Of a DNA stretch of 57,527 nt, positions 8,590 to 19,109 are shown piece after piece. Source of the DNA: a virus (taxonomy: Duplodnaviria; Caudoviricetes); the IMG/VR virus record IMGVR_UViG_3300027780_001348, positions 1 through 57,527 of that record; one strand, written 5' to 3'. The notes under the pieces were generated by a model. That model was not told where the DNA came from and did no database searches. It saw nothing but the letters and a program-made list of their open reading frames with translations. Position 1 is the first letter of the stretch; every line of letters begins with the position of its first letter. A program made the position numbers and the translations under genes.

Positions 8590-9693
8590 TTACCACCTAC
8601 ACTGTGCTGTTGGAAGTTGGATACGTCCTATAAAGGTATTGTACAAGTTTACAATAGCATCATATACACGCCATTGGTCGTGGTCTCTTGGGTTTGTAAA
8701 CCCTTTGGCGTGTAGTGCAGTCTCGTAGTTGTCCTTTAGACCTAGTTGTACTGATGTTGGATCACCCCATATTTTAATAAACAGTTTTCCTAGTTCATCA
8801 TCAAAAGCTGCATCGATAGCAAAGCCTTCAACCTCAGCCATCTTATACAATAATGCCATAGGCCTCCATATCTCTAACTCTGCTGCTGCCTTCTTCCAGT
8901 GTGCATTATGGAATTGCAATGCACGTTTAAAGTATTTGCCTTTAACTCCGTAATCATCTGACATTTCAAATATAGTTTGTCCACTTTTAATCTGACTAAA
9001 TGCATTTGGTGTGTTAGCATTACGTTTAGGACCAAACCCTGTAGCAGTTAAAATGTTATTCATCTGTACAGTTGCACTATCTTTTGTTTCTAGCAATATC
9101 ATAAACTCATCGTAGGCATGTAGTTTACGTTTGTTACGACTGTTAATACGTATCATGTTTTGTCCTGCTAACCAAACAGCATACTCTACTTTGTCTGTGA
9201 AGCCTGCGTCTTGTACTGTGTTGGCAGTAATCATATTTGTATCAATATACCACATAGGGTATGTAGTATATTTTTGTCTAAACATTTCTTGTGATGTGTG
9301 ATGACCGTCCCACAGCATGTACATTCCGTCTACTAATATAGCAGTTGGCAACAGTACCGCAGTGTGTTCGTAGTCTTGTTCAATTTTATACATATGGTTA
9401 GGTGCAACATCTCGTTGGAACCTTGGCCACAAATACATGTCGTCCCAATCAATCCAACCAAACTTTACAATACCTTCTTTAGGATTGTATGGGTCTTGGA
9501 CATTAGGTTTCTTGTCAGGTCCAAGTACAACATCAATTGCTTCTGCAATATCATTAAGTGGAATAATGCCACGGTCGTAGTTGTCAGACATAGTACGCAA
9601 ATCAATTGCGTCATCTTTCATTTCGAATGAAATTTTGAATTTTGCCAGATACTTGTTGATCTCCGTCTGGCGATTGTACGGAACTTTCTTCAT
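8590..9693 (-). CDS. ParB/Srx-like N-terminal domain protein
   Basis: FQRD...MLWDGHHT resembles the ParB-like QR...DGxHR motifs. Confidence 0.6.
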   Translation of the reverse strand: MKKVPYNRQTEINKYLAKFKISFEMKDDAIDLRTMSDNYDRGIIPLNDIAEAIDVVLGPDKKPNVQDPYNPKEGIVKFGWIDWDDMYLWPRFQRDVAPNHMYKIEQDYEHTAVLLPTAILVDGMYMLWDGHHTSQEMFRQKYTTYPMWYIDTNMITANTVQDAGFTDKVEYAVWLAGQNMIRINSRNKRKLHAYDEFMILLETKDSATVQMNNILTATGFGPKRNANTPNAFSQIKSGQTIFEMSDDYGVKGKYFKRALQFHNAHWKKAAAELEIWRPMALLYKMAEVEGFAIDAAFDDELGKLFIKIWGDPTSVQLGLKDNYETALHAKGFTNPRDHDQWRVYDAIVNLYNTFIGRIQLPTAQCRW

Positions 9694-9844
9694 GCTCTTA
9701 ACTCCTTATAACATGTGCAACGAATTGCTAGTGTTAGTTTGTGCCTGGGTGCGTAACGAATTACTGGCCCATAGCGTTAATTTATACTTACATATTACAC
9801 TCACGATTACCACTTGTCAACCATATAATACAATATATATGTGT

Positions 9845-10756
9845 ATGAAGATATTAATCACAGGTGCAGCAGGCTTTTTTGGACGTAATCTAGTCTATAA
9901 ATTAAGCGAAGAACACAGTCTAGAATGTATAGACTTGCCGTTAGAGTTGTTTGACAATGCTGAACGTGAGCGTTTTTATAATGACTATAATGTATGTGGA
10001 GCAGATATATCAGAAGATCTGTGGCAAGTTAAGCAGCGTATGATGGATTGCGAGATAGTTATTCATCTAGCCAATAAAACTAGGATAAGCCCTAGCTGGA
10101 ACGAGTACGAAGAATACTACAGGCAGAACATAGGAACTAGCCAAAAGATATTTTCACTGTCGCAAACACTAGGAGTAAAGAAGTTTATATACTTTAGTTC
10201 TAGTAGCGTGTATGGTGATAATGGGTGGGTACCTAATAGAGAAACAGATCCGTTAGCACCTACAAGTCCTTATGCAATAAGCAAAATGGCAGCCGAGGCA
10301 GCACTTACTGCGCAATCATCAAGAGGTAAGACTGAGCTAGTGATTGTTAGACCATTTACAATGTATGGTCCATTTATGGAAACAGGCAAGTATGCGCTTG
10401 TTATCTCTAAATTTATTGAAGCAGCACAAGCTGGTGACCCGTTGTTACTAGATGCAACAGGTTCACAGACTAGAGACTTTGTACATGTAAGCGATGCGAT
10501 TGAAGCTCTCAAATTGATTATCGAACACGGAAAAGATAGAGACGTATATAATGTAGGCTCAGGCACAAGTGTAACTATTAGAGAACTTGCAGACATTGTA
10601 AGTACCAAGCAAGTTGAGACGCCGCCACGCCTAGGACACATTCCTAGTACACTGGCTGACATTACTAAACTTACCAAACTAGGATGGTCTCCAAGCATTA
10701 ATGTTAAATCGTGGTTGACAAACATCGTTAAAGACCTTAATATAAACAGTATATGA
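9845..10756 (+). CDS. NAD-dependent epimerase/dehydratase (extended SDR)
   Basis: [29 protein letters not shown]; start reassigned to MKILITG. Confidence 0.93.
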   Translation: MKILITGAAGFFGRNLVYKLSEEHSLECIDLPLELFDNAERERFYNDYNVCGADISEDLWQVKQRMMDCEIVIHLANKTRISPSWNEYEEYYRQNIGTSQKIFSLSQTLGVKKFIYFSSSSVYGDNGWVPNRETDPLAPTSPYAISKMAAEAALTAQSSRGKTELVIVRPFTMYGPFMETGKYALVISKFIEAAQAGDPLLLDATGSQTRDFVHVSDAIEALKLIIEHGKDRDVYNVGSGTSVTIRELADIVSTKQVETPPRLGHIPSTLADITKLTKLGWSPSINVKSWLTNIVKDLNINSI

Positions 10757-10790
10757 AACGTCTTGCACAACAATTAAAGGAAAAGAAAAT

Positions 10791-11381
10791 ATGGCATTAG
10801 TACCAATGGTAGTAGAATCAACGAGCAAGGGCGAACGAGCTTTTGATATCTACAGCAGATTACTTAAAGATAGAGTTGTTATGCTGAACGGCCCTGTAGA
10901 GGATTTTATGGCTAACATAGTTGTTTGCCAATTACTATTTTTAGAATCAGAAGATTCAGACAAACCAATTTCGTTGTTTATTAATAGTCCAGGCGGTGTA
11001 GTAACTGCTGGCATGAGCATCTACGATACAATGCAATTTATTAAACCTGAAGTGTCTACCTATGTAATGGGACAGGCATGTTCAATGGGTAGCTTGTTAG
11101 CACAGTCCGGTGCACCAGGCAAACGATATATGTTACCTAACGCAAGACATATGATTCATCAACCAAGTGGTGGAGCAAGAGGCCAAGCAACTGACATGCA
11201 GATCCAAGTAGAAGAAATTCTTAAAATGAAAAAAGAACTTACAGGGATCTACGAAAAGCATAACAGCAAAGGTAAAACGTTTGAACAACTAGAAGCCGAC
11301 ATGGAGCGTGATAAGTTTATGTCAGCTAAAGAAGCTCTTGAATACGGACTTATAGATAAGATTGTTGATCATCGACCATGA
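10791..11381 (+). CDS. clpP: ATP-dependent Clp protease proteolytic subunit
   Basis: DIYSRLL, INSPGG, QACSMG (Ser), MIHQP (His), RDKFM (Asp). Confidence 0.97.
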   Translation: MALVPMVVESTSKGERAFDIYSRLLKDRVVMLNGPVEDFMANIVVCQLLFLESEDSDKPISLFINSPGGVVTAGMSIYDTMQFIKPEVSTYVMGQACSMGSLLAQSGAPGKRYMLPNARHMIHQPSGGARGQATDMQIQVEEILKMKKELTGIYEKHNSKGKTFEQLEADMERDKFMSAKEALEYGLIDKIVDHRP

Positions 11382-11761
11382 AGTTAATCCCTCAAGGACA
11401 TGCAGTTAAAGACTGGGGCTTAGAAATAAACTTTGCTTCAAATGAAAGTTATTGTGGAAAGCTACTAGTCTTTGAATATCCTAAAAAGAAAACAGCAATG
11501 CTACTGCACAAGACCAAACGTAAGAGTTGGTTTGTAAATTCAGGATCGTTTAAGATTACTTTTATAGATATTAAAACAGGAGTGCCAAGAGAACAAATAG
11601 TTAAAGAAGGCAATACTGTTGATATTGCTGAAATGTCGCCGCATCAGCTAGAGTCACTAGAACATAACTCGACTATATTTGAAACAGGGTCAGCTGACTA
11701 TGAAGAAGATCAATTTAGACTTAATCCTGGTGACGAGCAAATACAGCCTTCAGAGCAATAA
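11378..11761 (+). CDS. cupin-fold protein
   Basis: WG.E...YCGKLL...H..K..SW...PHQL pattern. Confidence 0.7.
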   Translation: MKLIPQGHAVKDWGLEINFASNESYCGKLLVFEYPKKKTAMLLHKTKRKSWFVNSGSFKITFIDIKTGVPREQIVKEGNTVDIAEMSPHQLESLEHNSTIFETGSADYEEDQFRLNPGDEQIQPSEQ

Positions 11762-12926
11762 CTAAATCTTCAATCATTCCATCATCATGATACGGAGTAG
11801 GAGCAAAACGTAATCGTTCTGTTCCTTCTGCTACTGTTGGAAAGTTAATTGCTTGAACATATATATTATGTTCGTCTAACAACATATCACTCATGCTCTT
11901 ACACTTCTTAGCATTGCCAACTAGTACAGGAACAATGTGTGTAGTTGACTCTTCCATAACCGGAATACCATTCTTAGCTAACCGCTCTTTAAGTTTAGCA
12001 GCACGTTCTTGATGCAGCTCACGCATTTCGTTATGATCTTTTAGGTATTTAATTGCAGCCATAGCACCAGCACAACTTACAGGACTCATTGAAGTTGTAA
12101 AAATAAAGCCGGAGGCGACACTACGAATAGCATCTATTACGTCTGCATCAGCAGCAACGTAGCCGCCTTGCACACCAAATGCTTTACCTAGGGTTCCGTT
12201 GATTATATCAACACGGGATTGAAGCCCTAGTTTTTCTGTCCAGCCGCCTCCGTGTTCGCCATACAGGCCAACAGCATGAACTTCATCAATGTACGTCATG
12301 GCATTATACTTGTCAGCAATGTTACATATCTGTTCAATAGGACTAACATCTCCGTCCATTGAATAAACACTTTCAAAAACAATACAAGGTGTTTGTCCTG
12401 CTAGTACAGCACTTGCACATAGTTCATCTAGTTGATCCATGTTGTTGTGTGTCCATACTTGTTTCTGTGCTTTACTGTGAAGTATGCCTTGGATAAGAGA
12501 AGCATGGTTCTTGCTATCACTTAAAAATACAATGTTGGGGAATATTTTTGCTAATGAAATAAGAGTCCACTCATTAGCTACATAAGCAGACGTAAACAAT
12601 AATGATTTTGCCTTGTTATGTAGTGTACTAAGTTCGTTTTCTAATGCCACATGATAGTGACTGGTACCGCCAATGTTCCGTGTACCTCCCGAGCCTGATC
12701 CTGTTTGGTCTAGGGCAGTATGCATAGCGTCTATGACAACTTTATGTTGACCCATACCTAAATAATCATTAGAACACCAATTTACAATGTTCTTAATGTT
12801 GTATGGACCATACCATATTGCTTTTGGAAACTCTCCTCGCTCACGTAAGATATCATTAAAAACACGGTAATTACCGTTGCTTTTTAGATCTCTCAGCAAT
12901 TTGTTTATTGGCTTTTTGTCTATCAT
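11721..12926 (-). CDS. hemA: 5-aminolevulinate synthase (C4/Shemin pathway)
   Basis: [42 protein letters not shown]. Confidence 0.96.
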   Translation of the reverse strand: MIDKKPINKLLRDLKSNGNYRVFNDILRERGEFPKAIWYGPYNIKNIVNWCSNDYLGMGQHKVVIDAMHTALDQTGSGSGGTRNIGGTSHYHVALENELSTLHNKAKSLLFTSAYVANEWTLISLAKIFPNIVFLSDSKNHASLIQGILHSKAQKQVWTHNNMDQLDELCASAVLAGQTPCIVFESVYSMDGDVSPIEQICNIADKYNAMTYIDEVHAVGLYGEHGGGWTEKLGLQSRVDIINGTLGKAFGVQGGYVAADADVIDAIRSVASGFIFTTSMSPVSCAGAMAAIKYLKDHNEMRELHQERAAKLKERLAKNGIPVMEESTTHIVPVLVGNAKKCKSMSDMLLDEHNIYVQAINFPTVAEGTERLRFAPTPYHDDGMIEDLVIALKAVFARHQD

Positions 12927-13050
12927 AATAACAACCTATTCCCCCTAAGGTGTGGTGGGTATAAAAATGCCACCCGTCTTTTCGAAGTTCTGTCAATAGT
13001 TCATCGTAGTCTTTCCACATGGAAATAATACTTCGAAACATTTTTAACAT
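12871..13050 (-). CDS. small protein overlapping the hemA start (59 aa)
   Basis: Hand translation [45 protein letters not shown]...; TAAATA 5 nt upstream. Confidence 0.55.
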   Translation of the reverse strand: MLKMFRSIISMWKDYDELLTELRKDGWHFYTHHTLGGIGCYYDRQKANKQIAERSKKQR

Positions 13051-13116
13051 GTTTGTATTTAACTAAATACTTGTGAACAAGCGATATATGCGAATCACTA
13101 TAATTAGAGGTAACTA

Positions 13117-13578
13117 ATGGCAACTATTAAATGTAAAGGGTTAACAGGCGTACAGTTTAATGTGACTGTAACTTACGGTTCAACTACAATGAACGGACTT
13201 ACAGCTCTAGTACAAGCAATAGAAGGTGCTCCTATTACAACAGGAATGTACGGTGAAATTGTTGCTGAAAAAGACTCTGCTATCAATCAAGCTAATGATG
13301 GCGCAAAGACATTAACTGCCGCAGGACTTGCCGCAGGTGATGTAATTATATGTGTTCCATTAAAGACTGGCAACAAAGAAGCACGTCAAGAACAAAAGGG
13401 TGCTATTGCACAAGCTAAACGTGAAGGACTTGCAGCCGCAGATACTGATGCTGTTTACTATAGGGCATTAAAAACATTCAATAAGAACAGACTGCCTAAC
13501 CCATATGAAGCAGATGCATACAACGCAGACGATGACGAAAACACAGGCGCACCAGCAGCAAGTAGACCCTGGAGTTAA
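13117..13578 (+). CDS. hypothetical protein (possibly virion-associated)
   Basis: GAGG RBS, late-type promoter, Ala/Thr/Gly-rich. Confidence 0.75.
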   Translation: MATIKCKGLTGVQFNVTVTYGSTTMNGLTALVQAIEGAPITTGMYGEIVAEKDSAINQANDGAKTLTAAGLAAGDVIICVPLKTGNKEARQEQKGAIAQAKREGLAAADTDAVYYRALKTFNKNRLPNPYEADAYNADDDENTGAPAASRPWS

Positions 13579-13631
13579 TAACTTCCACACTTTTTAATAA
13601 ATACTACTATAATAATACAGGGAGCGAATCT

Positions 13632-14063
13632 ATGTACGAGTACCGATGCGAAGTAACGAGAGTGGTTGATGGGGACACAGTAGATGTGAACATTGACTTA
13701 GGATTTAATGTAATACTAGCCGACGAACGTGTTAGAGTTATGGGGATAGATACTCCTGAATCACGCACAAGAGATAAAGTAGAAAAGGCGTTTGGCCTTG
13801 CTGCAAAGAAAAGACTAAAAGAATTACTAGGAAAGACTTCTATTCTTAAAACACAGATTAGTAGGAATGGTGAAGATATGAAAGGCAAGTTCGGACGTAT
13901 CTTAGGAGACTTTATTTTAGACGATGGGCGTCTAGCAACAGAAGTTATGATTGCTGAAGGACAATGTGTTCCTTACTTTGGTGGATCTAAAGATGATACC
14001 AAAGCAGCACATATGAAAAACAGAGAACGTTTGATTGCTGAAGGGGTAGTTAAACTTCCATAA
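13632..14063 (+). CDS. Thermonuclease (SNase) family
   Basis: VVDGDT, RVMGIDTPE, KFGRILG. Confidence 0.92.
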   Translation: MYEYRCEVTRVVDGDTVDVNIDLGFNVILADERVRVMGIDTPESRTRDKVEKAFGLAAKKRLKELLGKTSILKTQISRNGEDMKGKFGRILGDFILDDGRLATEVMIAEGQCVPYFGGSKDDTKAAHMKNRERLIAEGVVKLP

Positions 14064-14074
14064 AGGAAAAGAAC

Positions 14075-14425
14075 ATGAAACATATTTGGGCACTTATTGT
14101 ATTAACATGGATGGTCGTATTTTATGCAGGAACAGCATATGGTGAAGAACAAGAGCAACCACCAATAAGATTACCGTTGATGGTCGAGTGCGGAAGCAAC
14201 GAACAGATACAAGCTCTAATACGAAAACATGGAGAACTTCCTTTTTTTAGTGGCAATACTTTATATCAAACACCAGGCGGTGCGTATGTGGGAAGGTTAG
14301 AAGTCTGGGCCAATCCCAAAACAAGATCATTTACAATTACAATTAGACCAAACGAAGACCAAACTTGTATTGTATTGCCTGGGAAAAATCTAACCCCTTA
14401 TATGGATGAAGGGCTTACTTTATAA
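14075..14425 (+). CDS. exported hypothetical protein
   Basis: N-terminal signal peptide, two Cys. Confidence 0.75.
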   Translation: MKHIWALIVLTWMVVFYAGTAYGEEQEQPPIRLPLMVECGSNEQIQALIRKHGELPFFSGNTLYQTPGGAYVGRLEVWANPKTRSFTITIRPNEDQTCIVLPGKNLTPYMDEGLTL

Positions 14426-14447
14426 ATAAAAACAGTAGGAGCGAACT

Positions 14448-15251
14448 ATGTTTACAAATAAAATAAAGACTAAATTAACAGACACAACATTTGAACAACG
14501 AAGTTTACTATTTGCAGAGCTATCAGCAATTGCATACGAAGACTTGCCTAGCGTAAAAAAGAAAGCAGCTAAACTAGGATTTACTACTGTTGAGTTTTAT
14601 GAAAAGGCCGGCGCACAAGCATATCGCTTCATGAACAAAAATGATTTAATTATTGCATGCCGTGGCACTGAGCCTACTGCATTTAATGATATAGCAGCTG
14701 ACTTAAAAGCTATACCAGTAATAGCAGAAACAATATCAAGAGTACATCAAGGATTCAAAGACGAAGTAGATGATCTTTGGCCTATGATCGAAGAAGACAT
14801 CAATCGTACTGTAAACGTAACTAAGACACTTTGGTTCTGTGGACATAGCTTAGGTGCTGCAATGGCAACTATTATGGCAAGTAGAGCAAAGCATAACATT
14901 GAGCTAAACGATCCTATTGAGCTTTACACCTACGGAAGTCCGCGTGTGGGTTGGAGAGGTTACACTAAGAGTTTAGATATTGTTCATAACAGATTTGTAA
15001 ACAACAACGACATTGTTACTACTGTACCTATGGCAATTATGGGCTACACACATCACGGCACAGAACGTTACTTTAATACTTGGGGTAATCTAAGAACTCC
15101 TACAAGATGGCAAAAGTTTAAAGACAAGTGGCGTGGTATTTGGAGAGGTATCAAAGTAGGTAGAGTTGATAGCTTTTCAGATCATAGTATGGTTGAATAC
15201 ATTAAACATTCTGCTAACCTCGCAAAAAATTCCGAAACTCCACAGATTTAG
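14448..15251 (+). CDS. Lipase class 3 family protein
   Basis: RGTE, VHQGF, GHSLG, TYGSPRVG, DIV, DH. Confidence 0.93.
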   Translation: MFTNKIKTKLTDTTFEQRSLLFAELSAIAYEDLPSVKKKAAKLGFTTVEFYEKAGAQAYRFMNKNDLIIACRGTEPTAFNDIAADLKAIPVIAETISRVHQGFKDEVDDLWPMIEEDINRTVNVTKTLWFCGHSLGAAMATIMASRAKHNIELNDPIELYTYGSPRVGWRGYTKSLDIVHNRFVNNNDIVTTVPMAIMGYTHHGTERYFNTWGNLRTPTRWQKFKDKWRGIWRGIKVGRVDSFSDHSMVEYIKHSANLAKNSETPQI

Positions 15252-15309
15252 GTTGACACCATTGCTCCGTTATGTTATAGTATATACATAATTAGATAAT
15301 AGGAGCAAG

Positions 15310-15924
15310 ATGCAATTGAATAAGAACGAAAAGATTATCCTAACAGACTGCGATGGTGTAGTTTTAGATTGGGAGTGGGCATTTAATATTTGGATGCAAG
15401 AACACGGATTTGAAACTGTCAAGGGATATCAATATGTATACGATATCGGTCAGCGATATGGCATTTCTAAAAACCAAGGACATAAATTAATTAGGCAGTT
15501 TAACGAAAGTGCTACTATGGGTTTCCTCCCAGCATTGCGTGATGCACAGTACTATGTTAAACGATTGCATGAAGAACATGGATTCGAGTTTCATGCTATT
15601 ACATCTCTTTCTAAAAATAAAAACGCATGTAAGTTGCGTACAATGAATCTCAAAAAACTATTTGGTAAAACAGCATTTACTAAATTTGTATATCTTGGAA
15701 CGGGTGCCGACAAAGACGAAGCACTAGCAGTTTATCAAGATACAAATCATTACTGGGTTGAAGACAAACCAGCAAATGCTGAAGCAGGATTAAAGGTTGG
15801 CCTTCGTCCATTGTTAATAGAACATGGTCACAACATGAATTATAAACAAGAAGGCATAACTACTGTTAAGAACTGGAAACAGATCTATAACATTCTGACA
15901 GATAGCGACAATGGAAAACAATAA
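15310..15924 (+). CDS. HAD-superfamily phosphatase (5'-nucleotidase-like)
   Basis: DCDGV, WVEDK; TTGACA-N17-TATAGT promoter upstream. Confidence 0.85.
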   Translation: MQLNKNEKIILTDCDGVVLDWEWAFNIWMQEHGFETVKGYQYVYDIGQRYGISKNQGHKLIRQFNESATMGFLPALRDAQYYVKRLHEEHGFEFHAITSLSKNKNACKLRTMNLKKLFGKTAFTKFVYLGTGADKDEALAVYQDTNHYWVEDKPANAEAGLKVGLRPLLIEHGHNMNYKQEGITTVKNWKQIYNILTDSDNGKQ

Positions 15925-16495
15925 CCAAGTAAAAGAATTTTATCCTCATACCTGGCAGAAAGAAAGGTATCAGCTGTCAGCGTATGAGTGCTTCGAACAA
16001 ATAGATGCATACCTTAAAACTCCTCCCAAACGTATACTAGACATTGGCTGCGGCTATGCTTATGTAAGTGAACAGTTTCAAAAGAAATACGGAACTGAAC
16101 TATGGTTACTAGAAGGAGACTTCCAAACAACAATAGATCGTCCTCGCAAATCAAGTTGGGGACCTGTTGGAGACATGAAGTTCTATCTTCCAGTCAGTGA
16201 GCTCAAAACATATTGGGACAACCGAAACATAAAATACAATTTCGTAGATGCTAATAACATCAATTTAGACTCAGACATCAAATTTGATTTTGTTTGCAGT
16301 TGGTTAAGTTGTGGGTTTCATTATCCTGCAAACACTTACAAAGACTTAATAACTAAACATACAAACAACGACAGTACTGTTATTTTTGATTTTAGAACTA
16401 AAACATTATTAAATCAACAAAAGAATGATGTTAATGTAATCCATAACTTCAATCCAGAAGGTGGAAAAAGATCAAGAGCACACTTTAGATATTAG
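15911..16495 (+). CDS. class I SAM-dependent methyltransferase
   Basis: ILDIGCG; FDFVCSWLSCGFHYP. Confidence 0.85.
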   Translation: MENNNQVKEFYPHTWQKERYQLSAYECFEQIDAYLKTPPKRILDIGCGYAYVSEQFQKKYGTELWLLEGDFQTTIDRPRKSSWGPVGDMKFYLPVSELKTYWDNRNIKYNFVDANNINLDSDIKFDFVCSWLSCGFHYPANTYKDLITKHTNNDSTVIFDFRTKTLLNQQKNDVNVIHNFNPEGGKRSRAHFRY

Positions 16496-16508
16496 AAAGG
16501 AAGTAAGC

Positions 16509-16937
16509 ATGAGTAACTGTTTTCATCTAGCCATCGAGGCTGGCGATTTGGAAATCGCAAAACAATGGTACACAGATGTACTAGGTTGCAAATTAGACAT
16601 GGCAGAAGAAGGCAAATGGCAAGACATAGACTTCTTTGGAAATGAACTTACATTACACAGTTCAACCCCAAGACAGTCGAAAGGACCTGAGCGTTCTAAG
16701 CACCATGTTGATATGGGAGAAGTATGTGTTCCGCACTTTGGAATACATCTAGAAGAAGCAGATTATCAGCGAATACGAGCTAGTATTGAAACGCACACAG
16801 GCTTCTTAGATACTCCCTATATAAGATTTGCTGACACAGATTACCAACAAGAAACGTTCTTTGTTGAAGATCCTAATTACAATGTTTTAGAAATAAAACA
16901 AATGGTAAAAGGGCATCTAGGCAAGGACACAATTTAA
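16509..16937 (+). CDS. VOC/glyoxalase family protein
   Basis: FHLAI, WYTDVLG, DFFGNELTLH, VPHFG, DP..NVLE. Confidence 0.9.
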   Translation: MSNCFHLAIEAGDLEIAKQWYTDVLGCKLDMAEEGKWQDIDFFGNELTLHSSTPRQSKGPERSKHHVDMGEVCVPHFGIHLEEADYQRIRASIETHTGFLDTPYIRFADTDYQQETFFVEDPNYNVLEIKQMVKGHLGKDTI

Positions 16938-16958
16938 CTTATAGAGGAAGGGAACCGT

Positions 16959-17939
16959 TTGAAAATGAAAATTATCGCAGGAAACGCCAACAAGAAATTA
17001 GCACAACAGATTGCAGATCATTGTTTTGCATCTTTAGTTCCTACAAATGTTAGCACGTTTGCCGACGGCGAATCGAGTGTAGAGTTTTTAGAAAACATTA
17101 GAGGAGAAGACATCTTTATTATACAAAGTACTAGTACTCCTGTAAACGATAATTTAATGGAACTGTTGATTATGATTGATGCAGCACGTAGGTCGAGTGC
17201 TAGTCGTATTACAGCAGTCATTCCTTACTTTGGATATGCTAGACAAGATCGTAAGAGTGCAAGTCGTACACCTATTACTGCAAAGTTAGTAGCTAACTTA
17301 TTAACAACAGCAGGCGCAGATAGAATCCTTACAATGGATCTACACGCAGGACAGATACAAGGCTTCTTTGATATTCCAGTTGATGACTTAACTAGTCGAC
17401 TAGTATTCGCTAAAGACATTAGACGCACAATTGGCCTAGTTGATGATCCTGAAGTGCAACAGCAAGGTACAGTGTTTGTAAGCCCTGACGCTGGCGGAGT
17501 TGTTCGTGCTAGAAAGTTTGCAGACATGTTTGGAGGAGATATTGCTATCGTAGACAAACGTAGACCCGAAGCAGGTAAGAGTGAGGTCATGAACTTGATC
17601 GGCGATGTTAAAGGTAAACACGCCATTCTAGTTGATGACATCATTGACAGTGGAGGAACTTTATGTAGTGCAGCAAAAGCCATTATGGATGCAGGTGCTC
17701 TAACAGTTCGTGCATATATTACACACGGTGTACTTTCCGCTGATGCATGTCAAAAGGTTGAGAAGAGTGTTCTTGACGAACTAGTAGTCACAGATAGTAT
17801 TTTAGATCATTGTCCTAAAACTTATAAAAAGACAAGACAGGTTAGTGTTGCTAATCTATTTGGAGAAGCTATTCGTCGGGTTACCAACGAAGAGTCTGTT
17901 TCTAGCCTGTTTGACAGTCATATTACAAAACAGAATTAA
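16959..17939 (+). CDS. prs: Ribose-phosphate pyrophosphokinase
   Basis: FADGE, PYFGYARQDRK, DLHAGQIQGFF, VSPDAGG, VDDIIDSGGT. Confidence 0.97.
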   Translation: MKMKIIAGNANKKLAQQIADHCFASLVPTNVSTFADGESSVEFLENIRGEDIFIIQSTSTPVNDNLMELLIMIDAARRSSASRITAVIPYFGYARQDRKSASRTPITAKLVANLLTTAGADRILTMDLHAGQIQGFFDIPVDDLTSRLVFAKDIRRTIGLVDDPEVQQQGTVFVSPDAGGVVRARKFADMFGGDIAIVDKRRPEAGKSEVMNLIGDVKGKHAILVDDIIDSGGTLCSAAKAIMDAGALTVRAYITHGVLSADACQKVEKSVLDELVVTDSILDHCPKTYKKTRQVSVANLFGEAIRRVTNEESVSSLFDSHITKQN

Positions 17940-17942
17940 ATA

Positions 17943-18149
17943 ATGTTAGGAACAGGAGATAAGATGAAAAGTGTTGTATATGATAATTATATGCGTAGCA
18001 CATACGGTGAACTTTCAAAGTGGCCAGTGTACGGCATGAAAGGGTTAATACCTCACTCAGAACCATTCAAAGAAACTAGACTACGATTTACACAAAATTA
18101 CTTGCAACGACTATATGATATTTCCAAACGGTTATTAACTGTAGTGTGA
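17943..18149 (+). CDS. hypothetical protein
   Basis: AGGAG RBS before the internal ATG. Confidence 0.5.
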   Translation: MLGTGDKMKSVVYDNYMRSTYGELSKWPVYGMKGLIPHSEPFKETRLRFTQNYLQRLYDISKRLLTVV

Positions 18150-19109
18150 TCTAACCATATCAACAAACAGTTCAACATGAGCTTCGGGCGTGAGTTTATT
18201 AATACCATGCCCGAGGCCACATACCCATCCTGTACGATCAACTGTATCCATTTTACTTAAAAACAAACGAATCTGTTCTTTGCATTCTAAATAAGGTAGA
18301 AGTAATAGTTGCTCGTCAAAGTTGCCTTGCACAAATCCGTCTTTATACTTGTTCATAGTTTTTGAAATATCAACAGTGCTATCAACACCAATTCCTTTCC
18401 AACCCATTTTAAGTAAACTAGGCATACATTTAGTATTTAAATGCTGTGTGTAATATCCTACATGCTCGCCTACCATAGGCTGTAGTAATTCTTTATAGTG
18501 ATCCTTAAAGAACTTTTCACTCATGTTACCTACTCCGCTATCAAGTATCATAACTTTTTCGGCACCAGCTGCTAACTGTAAATGTATATTACGATTGAGC
18601 AAAGGAACAAGAACTTTGTGTAAGTATTCTACTTTAAACTTAGTGCTTGTTTTTTGTTTGCCAGTTGCATAGTTTAACAGTGTCCAAGGACCTCCTACAA
18701 ACCCAATAAGACTTTTATTTTTAGGTAGTGCTTCTAGTGTTGCAGTAATAGCACGACTTTGAAACACCATGTGTTTAATAGCAGCGTCAACATCCATGTG
18801 GTCTTTATAATTTTCTTCTGTAATTAGCCATTCAAACTTTGGACCTGGATTAAACTTTAGAGGAACACCTAACCCTTCAATAGGGAAAAGTATGTCACTA
18901 AACAGTATTGCAATGTCAAAATCAAATTGATTAATTGGTAGCATTGCAACCTTAGCTGCAACTTGTGGAAGTTTACACATTTGTTCAAATGTAAACTGTT
19001 CTTTCATTTCCATGTAACCTTTTTGATATCGTCCGGCCTGCCGCATCATCCAAATTGGAGGTACAGGTTGCTCTACTCTATTGCAGGCATTTTCAAATAG
19101 TTTATTCAT
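18135..19109 (-). CDS. hemE: Uroporphyrinogen decarboxylase
   Basis: PIWMMRQAGRY, AILFSDIL, GFVGGPWTL, QGNFD, LGHGI. Confidence 0.95.
   Translation of the reverse strand: MNKLFENACNRVEQPVPPIWMMRQAGRYQKGYMEMKEQFTFEQMCKLPQVAAKVAMLPINQFDFDIAILFSDILFPIEGLGVPLKFNPGPKFEWLITEENYKDHMDVDAAIKHMVFQSRAITATLEALPKNKSLIGFVGGPWTLLNYATGKQKTSTKFKVEYLHKVLVPLLNRNIHLQLAAGAEKVMILDSGVGNMSEKFFKDHYKELLQPMVGEHVGYYTQHLNTKCMPSLLKMGWKGIGVDSTVDISKTMNKYKDGFVQGNFDEQLLLLPYLECKEQIRLFLSKMDTVDRTGWVCGLGHGINKLTPEAHVELFVDMVRSHYS

Noticed and set aside
9581-9844. N-terminal extension of the epimerase in the ORF track
   Set aside because: It overlaps the divergent gene and its promoter; the Rossmann motif starts at 9845.
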